In this document: positions 41,321 to 54,263 of the stretch, one piece after another | Layout of the letters: every line of letters begins with the position of its first letter | Numbering within the stretch: position 1 is the stretch's first letter | Assembly: GCF_009914755.1 (NCBI RefSeq) | Contig: NC_060927.1 | Direction: 5' to 3' (one strand) | DNA length: 64,000 nucleotides | Source: the human T2T-CHM13v2.0 reference genome, Homo sapiens | Notes under the pieces: model-generated | Told to the model about the DNA's origin: nothing | The model's database searches: none | The model's input: only the letters and a program-made list of their open reading frames with translations | Translations under genes and position numbers: made by a program

Positions 41321-42697
41321 GCCATAGTTATTTTTACTCTTACTCTGTTTTTTTTGTGAGATATTCTGAATTCTAGATTATTGAAGGTGGTGTTCATAAA
41401 ATAATTTTTTACTTTTAGTAGACTGATATGGTTTGGCTGTATTCCCACTCAAATCTCATCTTGAATTGTAGTTCCCATAATCCCCACATAATCCTCCCAT
41501 AATCCTCCTGTAATGTCATGGGGGGGACCTGGTGGGAGGTTAATTGATTCATGGGGGCAGTTACCCCCATGCTACTCTCATGATAGTGAGTGGGTTCTCA
41601 TGAAATCTGATGGTTTTACAAGGGGCTTTTCCCTCTTTGCTTAGCACTTCTCTTTCCTGCCGTCTTGTGAAGAAGGACCTGTTTGCTTCCTCTTCTGCCA
41701 TGATTGTAAACTTCCTGAGGCCTTCCCAGACATATGGAACTGTGAGTCAATTAAGCCTCTTTCCTTTATAAATTACCCAGTCTTGGGTATTTCTTCATAC
41801 CAGTGTGAGAAGGAACTAATACAGTACATTCGTACTGAGATAGTAGGGTGCTGCTATAAGGATGCCTGAAAATGTGGAAGTGACTTTGGAACTGGGTAAC
41901 AGGCAGAAGTTGGAACCGTTTTGAAGGATAGAAGGAAGACAGGAAAATGTGGGAAAGTTTGAAACTTCCTAGAGATTTGGAGGGCTCAGAAGACAGGAAG
42001 GTGTAGGAAAGTTTGAAACATCCCAGAGACTTGTTGAATGGCTTTGACAAAAATGCTGATAGTGATATGAACAATAAGGTCCAGGCTGAGGTGGTCTCAG
42101 ATGGGGATGAGGAACTTGTTGGGAACTAGAATAGAGATAATCCATGCTATGCTTTAGCAAAGAGACTGGCAGCATTTTGCCCCTGCCCTAGAGATCTGTG
42201 AAACTTCAAACTTAAGAGAGATGATTTAGGGTATCTGGTGGAAGAAATTTCTAAGTGGTAAAGCATTCAAGAGGGAGCAGAGCATAAATTTTGGAAAATT
42301 TGTGGCCTGCAATGCAGTAGCAAATAGAAACCATTTTCTGGGGAAAAATTCAAGCCCAAGCCTGCTGCAGAAATTTGCATAAGTAATGAGGAGCTGAATG
42401 TTAATCACCAAGACAATGGGAAAATGTCTCTAGGGCATGTCAGAGACTTTTGTGACAGCTCCTCCCATCATGAGCCCAGAAGCCTAGGAGGAAAAAATGG
42501 TTTTGACGGCTGGGCCCATGGCCCCTCTGCTGTGTGCAGCCTAGGGACTTGGTGCCTTGCATCCCAACTGCTCTCACTGTGGCTAAAAGGGGTCAAGGTA
42601 CAGCTTGGGCCATGGCTTCAGAGGTTGCAAGCCCCACGTCTTGGCAGTTTCTACATGGTGTTTAGCCTGCAGGTGCACAGAACTTAAGAACTGAGAT

Positions 42698-42865
42698 GTG
42701 GGGTGGGGGTTGGGGGAAGGATAGCATTAGGAGAAATACCTAATGTAAATGATGAGTTAATGGGTGCAGCAAACCAATACAGCACATGTATACATATGTA
42801 ACAAACCTGCACATTGTGCACATGTACCCTAGAACATAAAGTATAATAAAAGCAAAACAAAAAAA
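42698..42865 (+). mobile_element. Extremely 5'-truncated L1PA (~170 bp) inside THE1-int
   Basis: L1PA 3'UTR end with A-tail; TSD AGAA(C/T)TGAG(A/G)T. Confidence 0.9.
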
Positions 42866-43960
42866 TAGAATTGAGGTTTGGGAGCCTCCACCTAGATATC
42901 AGAGAATGTATGTAAACACCTGGATGCCCAGGCAGAAGTCTGCTGCAGGGGAGAAGCACTAATGGATAACCTCTGCTAGGGCAGTGCAGAAGGGAAGTGT
43001 GGGGTCAGGGCACCCACACTGGGGCACTACCTGGTGGAGCTGTGAGAAGACGGCCATCATCCACCAGACCCCAGAATGGTAGGTCCACCAACAGCTTGCA
43101 CCCGTGCACCTGGAAAAGCCACAGGCACTCAATACCAGCCCATGAAAGCAGCTGGGAGGGTGTCTATACCCTGCAAAGCCACAGGGGTGGAGCTGCCCAG
43201 TGCCGTGGGAACCCACCTCTTGCATGAGTGTGACCTGGATGTGAGACATGGAGTCAAAGGAGATTATTTCAGAGCTTTAAGATTTAATTACTGCCTTGTT
43301 GACTTTGAGATTTGTGTGGGCCCTGTAGCCCCTTTGATTTGGCCAATTTTTCCCATTTGGAATGGATGTATTTGCCCAGTGCCAGTACCCCCATTGCATC
43401 TAGGAAATAACTAGCTTGCTTTTGATTTTACTGGCTCATAGGTGGAAGGGACTTGCCTCATTTCAGATGAAACTTTGGGCTTGGATTTTTGAGTTAATGC
43501 TTGGACTTTTGAGTTAAGACTTTGGGGGATGGTTGGAAGAGGATGATTGTGTTTTGAAATGTGAGGACATGAGATTTTGGAGGGGCCAGGGGCAGAATTA
43601 TATGGTTTGGCTCTGTGTCCCAATCCAAATCTCGTCTTGAATTGTAGTTCCCATAATCCCATGGGAGGGACCTGGTGGGAGTTAATTGAATCATGAGGGC
43701 AGTTACCCCCATGCTATTTTCATGACAGTGAGAGTTCTTATGAGATCTGATGGTTTTATAAGGGGCTTTTCCCCCTTTGCTTAGCACTTCTGTCTTTCCA
43801 GCTGCCTTGTGAAGAAGGACTTGCCTGCTTCCCTTTCCACCATGGTTGTAAGTTTCCCGAGGCCTTCCCAGCCATGCAGAACTGTGAGTCAATTAAACCT
43901 TTTTCCTTTATAAATTACCCAATTTCAGGTATGTCTTCATAGATGCCTGAGCAGGAACTA

Positions 43961-44043
43961 TTAGGTTGATGCAAAGGTAATTGCACATTTTGACATTTTT
44001 TAAAGTAATGGCAAAACCCTCAATTACTTCTGCACTAACTAAA
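43961..44043. mobile_element. MADE1 (Hsmar1-derived MITE)
   Basis: TTAGGTTGATGCAAAGGTAATTGC...CAATTACTTCTGCACTAACTAAA palindrome flanked by TA (43959-43960, 44044-44045). Confidence 0.9.
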
Positions 44044-44374
44044 TAATATGTATACTATCCGGACTTCTTGGTTTTTCAGAACTTTCTCTGTTGTAAACAC
44101 TCCAGTGATAGTATAATCTCATTGCTATTTTACTTTTAGAAGTTTATTTGCCAAAATCCATACACAAAAGAAGAAGATAGAAATGATTAGTGCTGAATTG
44201 GTTTACAGTTATATCAGAGGAAATCATAATATAAGTGAAGATCTCATAAGGATAGAATCATATCAATAATGTTTATATCTTCCGTGAATTATTATGGAGT
44301 TTTAGTGTCTCTATTTCTCTATTGAAAATGTATAACATGTACAGTACCTAGTGTTTCCTCCTAACCACTTAAGT

Positions 44375-44578
44375 TAAGCTTCTCCAACATGCGGCCTGCA
44401 GGTCACATGCAGCCCAGGCAGCTTTGAATGTGGCCCAACACGAATTTATAAATTTTCCTAAAACATTATGAGATTTTTTTAGCTCATCAGCTATTGTCAG
44501 TGTTAGTGCATTTCATGTGTGGCCAGACAATTCTTTTTCCAATGTGGCCCAGGGAAGCCAAAAGATTGAATGCTCCTG
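44375..44578. mobile_element. MER30 (hAT-Charlie MITE)
   Basis: MER30-like body ..AGCTCATCAGCTATTGTCAGTGTTAGTG..CCCAGGGAAGCCAAAAGATTG; perfect 8-bp TSD ACTTAAGT (44367-44374 / 44579-44586). Confidence 0.88.
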
Positions 44579-45433
44579 ACTTAAGTAATCGAATATAAAA
44601 GACTATTAAATAAGGTTCTTCATTTAGCACTCAAAGTGCTAAATGCACACAAAAGAGAAGAAATATCCTTTGTGTTCTGTGTTCTTATGAGATGAAAGTC
44701 ACAGAATGACCAGGAGTCATTTGCTTTTGAATCACATCCACAAAGACAAAGTTTTATAAAAAGCCATCTGTTTATTCATATATTCATTCATATACTTATT
44801 CAATAAAATGCGTACAAATGAAAAAGATACAGGGATGGCAGAAGCAAGGAAATCATAATTTCTGACTTTAAGGAGTTCAATCTAAGTGTGAAGTCATATA
44901 AACATAAACAACTGAAAGAAATGTGTTAACTACTCTGCTGCAAATACTCTATTGATAAATACTATACCAACTAATTCTAATTTCTCTTACCTCTCTTCTA
45001 CACATTCATTAGTACTAACACGCTATGCTCCATCCTGGTCCTTAAATAAATTCAGTATGCTCCCACCTCAGGAACTGTATCATAAAACTCATGTGCAAAT
45101 TACAAAAAGGTAAGGCCCTACACGGCTTGAGGATTTTTGAGAAAATTGAGACATATCACTACTGAGAAAATAATCAGGTTAAAATGAAAATTCTGTTCTA
45201 TAGAGTTCAAAAAGCTTGGGACTTAGAATCTGAAAACCTAGATTTCAGTTTGGGGCAGGCCAGATCTCAAGCTTTAGTTTTCTAGTATACAAATTAGGCT
45301 GGGCTTTCTTTCCTCATCTGTAAATTTTGAAAGGGATACACCAAAGAATTTCTAAAACCTTTTATGAAATATGGCAAGTTTCATACAAGTTCATTTCAGG
45401 AGATCAACTGAGCTAAAGAGAGAGCTGAGCTGC

Positions 45434-46095
45434 TGTGTATTGGAGTAGCTAATTAAAGAAACGAGCCAAAATTAAAGTAATAATTAAGCTTTAATCAGTA
45501 ATTGCGATTTTATAAGTAAGAGTTCAAAACCCAGAGAAAGCACCAACTCACTCTGGTTTCATTATCCTCCAGGGACAGGCACACTGATTGAAGGTCAGGT
45601 AAATCAGCACAGATGTGGAAGCAGTCTCACTGTTGAAGGAACCCCAAACAAAAGATCTAGCAGATTTATGGGCACTCGTGTCTAGGAAGGACAAGGGGGA
45701 AGGGCTAGCGTGAAAAGTACTGAGTACTCAGTCAGAGTGGGGAAAGGTGTCCTCAAGGTTTCTCTTTCCTCCTTTCCTCCTCTCATAAGGAATCCTCAGC
45801 AGAGGCACTTAAAAAAGACCTCTGCTAAAGTCTTCAGGTAAAGAGATGCAGGAATGAAGGTGCCAGGGCTAGAAATGTAAACATGTGATGAAAATGACTA
45901 ACTGGGGGGCCTAAGTCCTTGACTGCAACTCCCTTCAGAGACTGCCAAGGATTGTCTGTACACCGTTTGGTGTGCAGAGGACAGGTTTTGCCCCCTGAGG
46001 TGGCTGAAGTAAAGCATTTGTAACTGTGTACAGTTGGGACTGAAAAATCACAAGATTTGTAGCTGGGAGCCAGACTTCACAGTTAATGTGACATT
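45434..46095 (-). mobile_element. ERVL solo LTR (MER73/MER74 group)
   Basis: Inverted homology to 38805-39417; ~660 bp. Confidence 0.55.
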
Positions 46096-46131
46096 ATGTA
46101 GACATTCCATCCGAGGATTGAGAACCATGTA

Positions 46132-46762
46132 CAGTTGATCTTCATTATTTACAGATTCTGTATTTGTGAATCCATCTACTTGCTAAAATTTATTTGTAAC
46201 TCCCAAATAAATACTTATGATATTTTCATGGTCTTTCATGGACATCTACACAGCAGCCAAAATTTTGAGTTATTTAATGTGCACGTACCCAACTTTGATC
46301 TAACAATCCAATATTCCGCATTCTTGTTTTGACACTCCGACTATAGACAAGTGTCCTTCTCATGTTCTACTTAGTGACATGTTTTTTGAGATTTTGTGTT
46401 TTTGGTTATTTTGCTGTTTAAAATGACCTTCAAGTGTACTTACTGACTAGTGTTTCTAAACACAAGAGGGATGTGTTGTACCTGATGGAGAAAATACATG
46501 TTAAATAATCTTCATTCAAGCATGAGTTACAGTGCTGTTGCACATGAGAAAAATGTTACTAAATCAACAATATATATTAAATGAGATGTCTTTAAACAGT
46601 TACACACATAAAAGAAGGTTATTTATTGATCAATTAACAAAAATATTGTGCACAAGAACCTAACCCTGTACTTCTCCTAGGAGCAGTGGTTCAATAAATG
46701 CTAATTCAATGACCAGGGTAACTTTATAGATTGTAACTACTATGAATAATGAGAATTAACTG
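46132..46762. mobile_element. MER82 (Tigger-type DNA transposon)
   Basis: TIRs CAGTTGATCTTCATTATTT / AATAATGAGAATTAACTG, TA-flanked on the left, ~630 bp. Confidence 0.8.
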
Positions 46763-46974
46763 TGTATGCACAGTCAAGGTATTTCATTATAATAGCAGGT
46801 ACTGTGAAACCTTAAAAAAATACTAGAACTGAAAAGACATATATTTTTATTATTTTTGTTTTTCCCTATTGCACTTTTTCCTTTAGAAAGAGCAGTCTAA
46901 CTTATTGGTGATGTATTTCTCCTTAGAAGTGTGGGTGTTGAATAGAGGAATGCAAGGTAACAAGTTGTTATTCA

Positions 46975-47258
46975 CGAAAACAGGAAACTGAATACTGCAT
47001 GTTCTCACTTATAAATGGGATCTAAACATTGGGTACACATAGACATCAAGATGGGAACAATGGATGCTGGGGACAACTTGAGTGGCGAGGGAGGGAGTGG
47101 ACAAGGGCTGAAAAGTACCTGTTGAGTACTATGCTCACTACCTTGGTGACAGGATCGGTTGTACCCGAAACCTCAGCATCTCTCAATATACCCATATAAC
47201 AAGGCTTCACATGTAAACCTGAATCTATAATAAAATTTGAAATTTAAAGAAAAAGAAA
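46975..47258 (+). mobile_element. L1PA15-17-like 3' end
   Basis: ATACTGCATGTTCTCACTTATAA..AAACCTCAGCATC..AATAAAA plus A-rich tail. Confidence 0.8.
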
Positions 47259-48379
47259 AGTGATTAAGTCTATAAACTTTTAAGTGTCAACAAGAAAAAG
47301 ATGTTAGAGATTCTTTATTCTGGTTATGGGATCATATAAGACTGTTTTTGCTATTTAGACTCTTGGATGAGCTGTGATTCTGTCTCTTTCTGAGGCTTAA
47401 GTTTGTGTTTAAGCCTCATTGACTATGGTGTTTAAGTTAGTCAGAATTTATGTTGCTGAGAAGAAAAGATATAATAATAAAGAAAATGTCAATAAAGGGT
47501 GAGGTGCAAGTAGTAGACTCTGGGAAATGTAAAGTGCTTGGAAATGGTATTCCAGATCAAATATTGTATGAGGCAATATCTCTTTTTCCTATTTCACAGT
47601 AGAAATCTACCACTCTATAGTATGTAATGGCAAAATAGCTATTATGTAAGTAATCATTTGTGGACTCTGAGTCATAAGCTCACTAATACTCAGGTTCAGT
47701 ATCTGAAACCCTGAAGATCATATCATGAAATAAATGAAGGAAAGTATAAATTTTATGGTATAATTTGTTAATTATTACAAGTAGATCCATTCCCACAATG
47801 AGTTCATAGAAATATTTATCATCTATAAATTTTATTCTTTTGCTATTCACATTTAAGTTTGTAATTTATCAGGTATTGACTTTTACATATTGTGTAATAC
47901 TAGGGTTCCAATTTTATTTTTCGTTTCCAAATATATATATAAATAAGCATGTCAGCATCATTTACTGAAATATCCATCTTGTTTCTACTGACCAGGAATG
48001 TTGTCTCTGACATAAATTAAGGTTATACATGTGTTTGGGATCTTTTTGTGGTCTATAGTCTATCTTATTGGCTTTATTTTCTATCCCTGCAATTCACATA
48101 ATCCTTTTCTCTCTTCATTTCTCTTTTTGTGTAAATTAAATAATTTTACTATTCCACTTTTGTCTAATACTGATAAATTTCACACTGTATTCCAATTTCT
48201 TTAGAAAATTATGTCACGTTTTAATCTGTATACTTAAATTATACAATTAACTATTGTCTTTACCTTTTTCTCCCAAAATACAAAGATATTAGAGGAGTTT
48301 AACTTGAACTGTAGCTTTACTGACTTAAGTGCTATTATTATCATCTGTTTTAGTTTTATCTTTTCTAAAACCCCAAGAG

Positions 48380-48380
48380 G

Positions 48381-48412
<32 letters not shown>
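48380..48412 (+). repeat. (GTT)11 trinucleotide repeat
   Basis: Seen directly; explains the poly-V in ORF 48329-48562. Confidence 0.95.
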
Positions 48413-48556
48413 AGTATCATTAGTATTAGTGTTATTACTTTACACATTCATTCCTGGTTTTTATGTTCACACATGCTTACCATTTTCCTTGCATTTTATT
48501 TCCTTTGCAGATCAAACTTTCTATCCGTGAACTCTTTCTTCTATGCAAAATTGAAG

Positions 48557-49888
48557 CTCTGACCCCACATTTTTCTTCTGCACTGCCCTAGCAGAGGTTC
48601 TCCACAAGGGCCCCCACTGCTGCAGCAAACTTCTGCCTGGGCATTCAGGCATTTCCATACATCCTCTGAAATCTAGCTGGAGGTTCCCAAAACTCAATTC
48701 TTGATTTCTGTGCACCCACAGGCTCAACACCATGTGGAAGCTACCAAGGTTTGCCCCCACTGAAGCAACAGCTTGGGCTTGGCCCCTTTTAGCCATGGCT
48801 GGAGTGGCTGGGATGCAGGGCACCAAGTCCCTAGGCTGAATAGAGTAGAGAGGCCCTGGGCCTGGCCCATGAAACCATTTTTTTCCTTCTAGGCCTCTAG
48901 GCCTGTGATGGGAAGGGCTGCTCTGAAAGTCTCTGACATGCTCTGGAGACATTTTCCCTATTATCTTGGTGATAACCATTTGGCTCCTTGTTACTTTTGC
49001 AAATTTCTGCAGCTGACTTGAATTTCTCCTTAGAAAATGGGTTTGTCTTTTTTATTGCATAATCAGGCTGCAAATTTTTCAACTTTTATGCTCTGTTTCT
49101 TTTTTAAAACTGAATGCTTTTAACAGCACCCACGTCACATCTTGAATGCTTTGCTGCTTAGAAATTATTTCCACTACATACCCTAAACCATCTCCCTCAA
49201 GTTCAAAGTTTCAGAAATGTCTAGGGCAGGGGCAAAATGCTGCTGGTCTCTTTGCTAAAACATAGCAAGAGCCACCTTTACTCCAGTTCCCAACAAGTTT
49301 CTCATCTCCATCTGAGACCACCTTAACCTGGATTTAATTGTCCACATTTTGGTCAAAGCCATTCAACAAGTCTCTAGGAAGTTCCAAACTTTCCCACATC
49401 TTCCTGTCTTCTTCTAAGCCCTACAAACTGTTCCAACCTCTGCCTATTACCCAGTTCTAAAGTCACTTCCACATTTTCAGGTATCTTTACTGCAGCATCC
49501 CACTCTACTGGTACCAATTTACTGTATTAGTCTGTTATCATGTTGCTAATAAAGACATACCTGAGACTGGGTAATTTATAAAAGAAAGAGGTTTAATGGA
49601 CTCACAGTTCCATATGGCTGGGGAGCCCTCACAATCATTGCACAAGGCATGGAGGAACAAGTCATGTCTTACATGGATGGCAGCAAGCAAAGAGAAGGAG
49701 CTTGTTCAGGGGAACTCCTCTTTATAAAACCATCAGATCTCATGAGACTTACTATCACAAGAACAGCATGAGAGAGACCCACCCCATGATTCAATTATCT
49801 CCTACTTGGTCCCTCCCACAACATGTGAGAATTGTGGGAGCTACAATTCAAGATGAGATTTGGGTCAGGACACAGCCAAATCATATCA
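48557..49888 (-). mobile_element. Truncated THE1 (5' LTR 49523-49888 plus ~970 bp internal)
   Basis: THE1 LTR (TGTATTAGTC..CATATCA) and internal sequence; the 3' part and second LTR are missing. Confidence 0.9.
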
Positions 49889-50594
49889 GACACAGAAAGG
49901 GACTATATATTTATTTTGGCTGGAATGATTGACTCTGATGATTATAAAGAGAAAGGTTTGCAGATATGAAATGAGGGCAAAGAAGAGTATGGATGAAACC
50001 TATCTAATCTTTAAGACTACTCTTTTTTATACCATTCTAGAGGGTAAAGTTTAATAGAAACTGCTACATATTTATTTGTGTGATCATCAAACAACCAGAT
50101 TCCTCAGAAAAGAAGATTTGGTGCATCAGAGTGGAGACAAATTACCCTGACTAGGGGAAGGGATCATGGAAGACATTGTGGAAAAGAGGCTGTGGAAAAA
50201 TAAATACCAGTTCTATCCTTAGGATTAGTTATTGAAAGAACTTTACCGATTTCCTTCTTTACCTATTCAAATGTATTTGCCTAGTTTTAATGATTTCTCA
50301 ATTTTTTTATCCCTAATATATATATATGAACAAATAAGCAATAGGCTCCCTATAGTTTTAGAGTAAGAGTTGGCATTCTGATGAAACAAGGGGAAGAGTA
50401 AACATCTATAGGAGATCCAGAACATTAAGCAAAAATAAGTCATGAAACTGCTTGTTTTCTCTTGAAGAAAGCTTGAAGGAGTTTACAGGTAGACATGGCA
50501 GTTGTATTTTGTTAGACAGGGATTATTTGGAGGATCCTATATTCATTGGACAAAAGATCTATGTAGATTTGGTGTAACAGGAATGATTAGACTG

Positions 50595-51050
50595 ATTATT
50601 TGTTAAATTTTGTCTGCCCAGTATCCATTTCTCTTTTTTGAATAATAGCACCAAAATTTTTTGGGGATTGGGGAAAGGTCATTATCTCCTATTGGGTGCA
50701 AACTTGGAAGGCAGTTAATTAAGTTGGCCTGCTCTTTCCTAGCCAAGAGTTGACCACATTATCCAATTAACCAATTAAGTAAATTAACACATCTCTGGAG
50801 TTTGTTATTGTCAGCAGAATGACATAAGAAAATAAAAATGGCTAAACCTCATTTATTCTGCATGTAATATCCTGATGAGATGGTTTATAAGTTCCTGCTA
50901 CTTCTGTCTTTAAGAACTATAATAATTTCTAAATTAGAATTTCTAGACTTCCCTTTGATTCTGTGAACACTTATGCTTACAATAACTTTTTTACTGCTTA
51001 ACTTAGCCAGCCAGTTTTTATGGTTTGCAAAAAAAAAACCACATCTAATT
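50595..51050 (+). mobile_element. Old MLT1-type LTR
   Basis: TTGTCTGCCCAGTATCCATTTC..GCTTAACTTAGCCAG..TTTGCAA end motifs. Confidence 0.5.
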
Positions 51051-51862
51051 TGTTAAGCAACAGATTTTTTTGAACAGTCATGTCTTTTTAGTATACTACC
51101 TATGAAGACATTATTGACAGCTTCATGCATATTCCATTTTATTTTTCTAGATATAAATATTTTCTTTCCTGATATTACATTGGCAAAGACATCCTGGAAA
51201 TCAGAATTCAGCTTTAAATTATATTCAAGATTATTTACTTAAACAATTGTTTCTTGAAATATTTTTCTTAAATGAATAAAGAGGAAAAATAAATAAATAA
51301 ATCATCACCACCTCCTTGTCCGCCAAAAAAATAGGAAATTGTGAAAACTTTTTACCCACTATACAAAGTTGCCTAATAACTAAAAGCAAGTGTAAAGATG
51401 GACAACTTTACCTTGAGAAAGCCTTCTGTCTAGACTTGGTTTGCCATTAAACATATGTGAATGTAGGCAACAAACACACCAATGAAACTGAGACCTCCAC
51501 TTTGGATTTCCTTTTACTCATCTCTAAAATAAGGAAGTTAATATTAGTTAGTCATTCAAATATTTAAAAAATTCTACAATAAATATTTGATATGTTTCCA
51601 ATGATAAATAGGAAATATTTTTAAAGGCAACATTAAACTCAGCTTTTTGTAATAGATATTTAATAAAGACATAACTCTTAAAGATATTAACTTGTACAGC
51701 AGACAAATATTTGAGCAACAAATAAAAATTTTTAAGTAATATAATAAGATAGGATTTAACAAAATTAATGAGAGTGCCAATGAGAATCCTCACTAAAATA
51801 ACTGGAAAATAGTCTTCAAAGGCACACAAAAGACATCTGACAATTAAAAATAATGATGAACA

Positions 51863-52288
<426 letters not shown>

Positions 52289-54263
52289 TCAAAATTATTT
52301 TCTATTAGTTTCAACTCTAATTTTAATCAATTTGCCATATTTTTTCATTTCATTTACTTTTTAAATTTAAGAGTGTTAGTGTGCTTTTATAAAACCAGGA
52401 TGAACTTATTTGGTGTTTATTAATGGTTAATCTTATTTGTTTAGAGGTGTTTTTTTTTCCTGTACATACCTCCTATAGTATTTGTAAGTTTTTTAAAAGG
52501 ATAATTAAATACGTTTTCTGTTAACTTGCCTTTAACTGGGGTTTCTTAGACCTTGCATTGGTCTCTTTTGGTTTCAAGCAGGGAAACTACCTGTAGTACC
52601 ACAAACAGAGCATATAATGTGACAGTATGATGACAATGTGAATAAAAACCCTCAAGGATGCAGGAATATCCATATAACTAGGCCTTTTGAAAACTGAAAT
52701 GATATTTGGAAAGTGGAAGTATATAATGAGCTTTTATTGAACATTTTTTGTCTGTGTGTAACAACTTCAGTATCTCAGGGCCTTACCACCCCAAATATTT
52801 ACTTTACTTGTTCACAGTTCTGTGGGACTGTTCAGCTGTAACTGATTATGGCTGAGCTTCTTGCATACTGAGTTCCCTTTGGCTTTATGAGTTTTCTAAA
52901 ACATACTCTTCTCATGGTAGATCTTACTATCACAAGAGGACAAGTGGAGCCACACACATCATGTCTATTCCCATTTCATTAGCTGAAGAAAGTCAGTGGC
53001 CAATTTCACAAATTAGGGAAGGGAAGTATATTTCTAAAGGGTTGAGTGACAGGGTGGAATATACACTGAACAATAATTCAGTCTATCACATGGCTCTGGG
53101 AACTTACTGCCTATTTAATAGCAAGAGCTCTTTTATTCTTTCTTCTCTTAATATCTCTTAGCAGCATTCTTTGACTCTGTCCATGTATCTCTATAGTATC
53201 TTTCTTATAGCTTCTCTTCCTTGTACCTAATTACTTGTTCATTTATTTTCAAGTTCACAGTTTCCCTAATGGAGACTTTAGGAAGAACTCTCAAATCATT
53301 ATGTTTGGTCTTTCTTTAGCTTTGGCCACAAGGATATCTCACAACCCACAGGCCAGACTAAACTTTGGTGTACATTAAGTGAAATGCCTGGCCTTACCCA
53401 GTGAATTCTAATCAGTAGAGGCAGTGAGTCATATGATGCAGAATATGGCCAGTCCTTCTCCAGGTACTAAGACCAATGCTCACAGAAGGGATGTATGGGC
53501 AGGACAGTTTATCTTAGGACTTTGGGTATATTAGACATTGTAAATGAATTGATCACTGTACAGCCAACCAATGTTCAGTAGATTCTGTTCCCTCAGGAGC
53601 TAGTTTCCTTATATTATTTTTTTAAGGAAGATATTAATTTAACATTTTGTTCTTTTTTCCTCCTAATCCATAATCGATGTAAAAGTTGTGAAGACCAAAT
53701 AGTTACAAGGCACAGGTATAATTACGTCTCCCAAATAGACTGTATATTTTGATGAAATAGAACATTTTGATATTACTTAATTTACAATGCCTCTTCCTTA
53801 GGCTATTTAAAAGAAGTTAAGTAAAATAAGAAACTATTTCAAAATTATCTTTCTCAATGTGTACAACAGATGTTCTTAACTCTTATCCATCCTTGGAAAC
53901 TCTCACAGTTTTCATCTTCCCCATCTCTTTTCCAATTCTTGTTATTTGCCACACTCACAGTCCTTACCTTTGGATTGCATTAAGCTCAGGAATGAGGTGG
54001 GGTTCTAAGAATAGTTGAAAGAACTATTGTATAGTAAAACAAATGCTGTAAGTTTAATAATTTTGGGGAGAACATGTAAGAACATTTTCTATATCAAAGT
54101 GCCACACATCCCAATAGAGTCACTGAATAAAATTATCTTAATAGAAAAAGAAAATAAAGCTACAATATTTTAAAATTAATTTTCTCTTTCTTGTGCTTTA
54201 ATGAATAATTTCAACAGAAAAAGAGTTATAATGTTCTAACAGGTATAAAATGTATTTAGTTAC

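Larger units (their letters stand above)
41424..44050 (+). mobile_element. Full-length THE1 (THE1D-like) MaLR: LTR 41424-41823, internal, LTR 43598-44050
   Basis: TGATATGGTTTGGCT.. LTR starts; THE1 internal sequence; imperfect 5-bp TSD TAGAC (41419-41423) / TATAC (44051-44055). Confidence 0.92.

Noticed and set aside
41766-43892. Dense overlapping ORFs in THE1 elements (also 48521-49082 and 54476-56674)
   Set aside because: Short fragments of degraded MaLR internal/LTR sequence, not genes.
44621-44645. Perfect 11-bp hairpin CATTTAGCACT-CAA-AGTGCTAAATG
   Set aside because: Isolated short inverted repeat with no supporting context.
47391-47418. 10-bp inverted repeat TGAGGCTTAA...TTAAGCCTCA
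   Set aside because: Expected occasionally by chance in 64 kb of AT-rich DNA.
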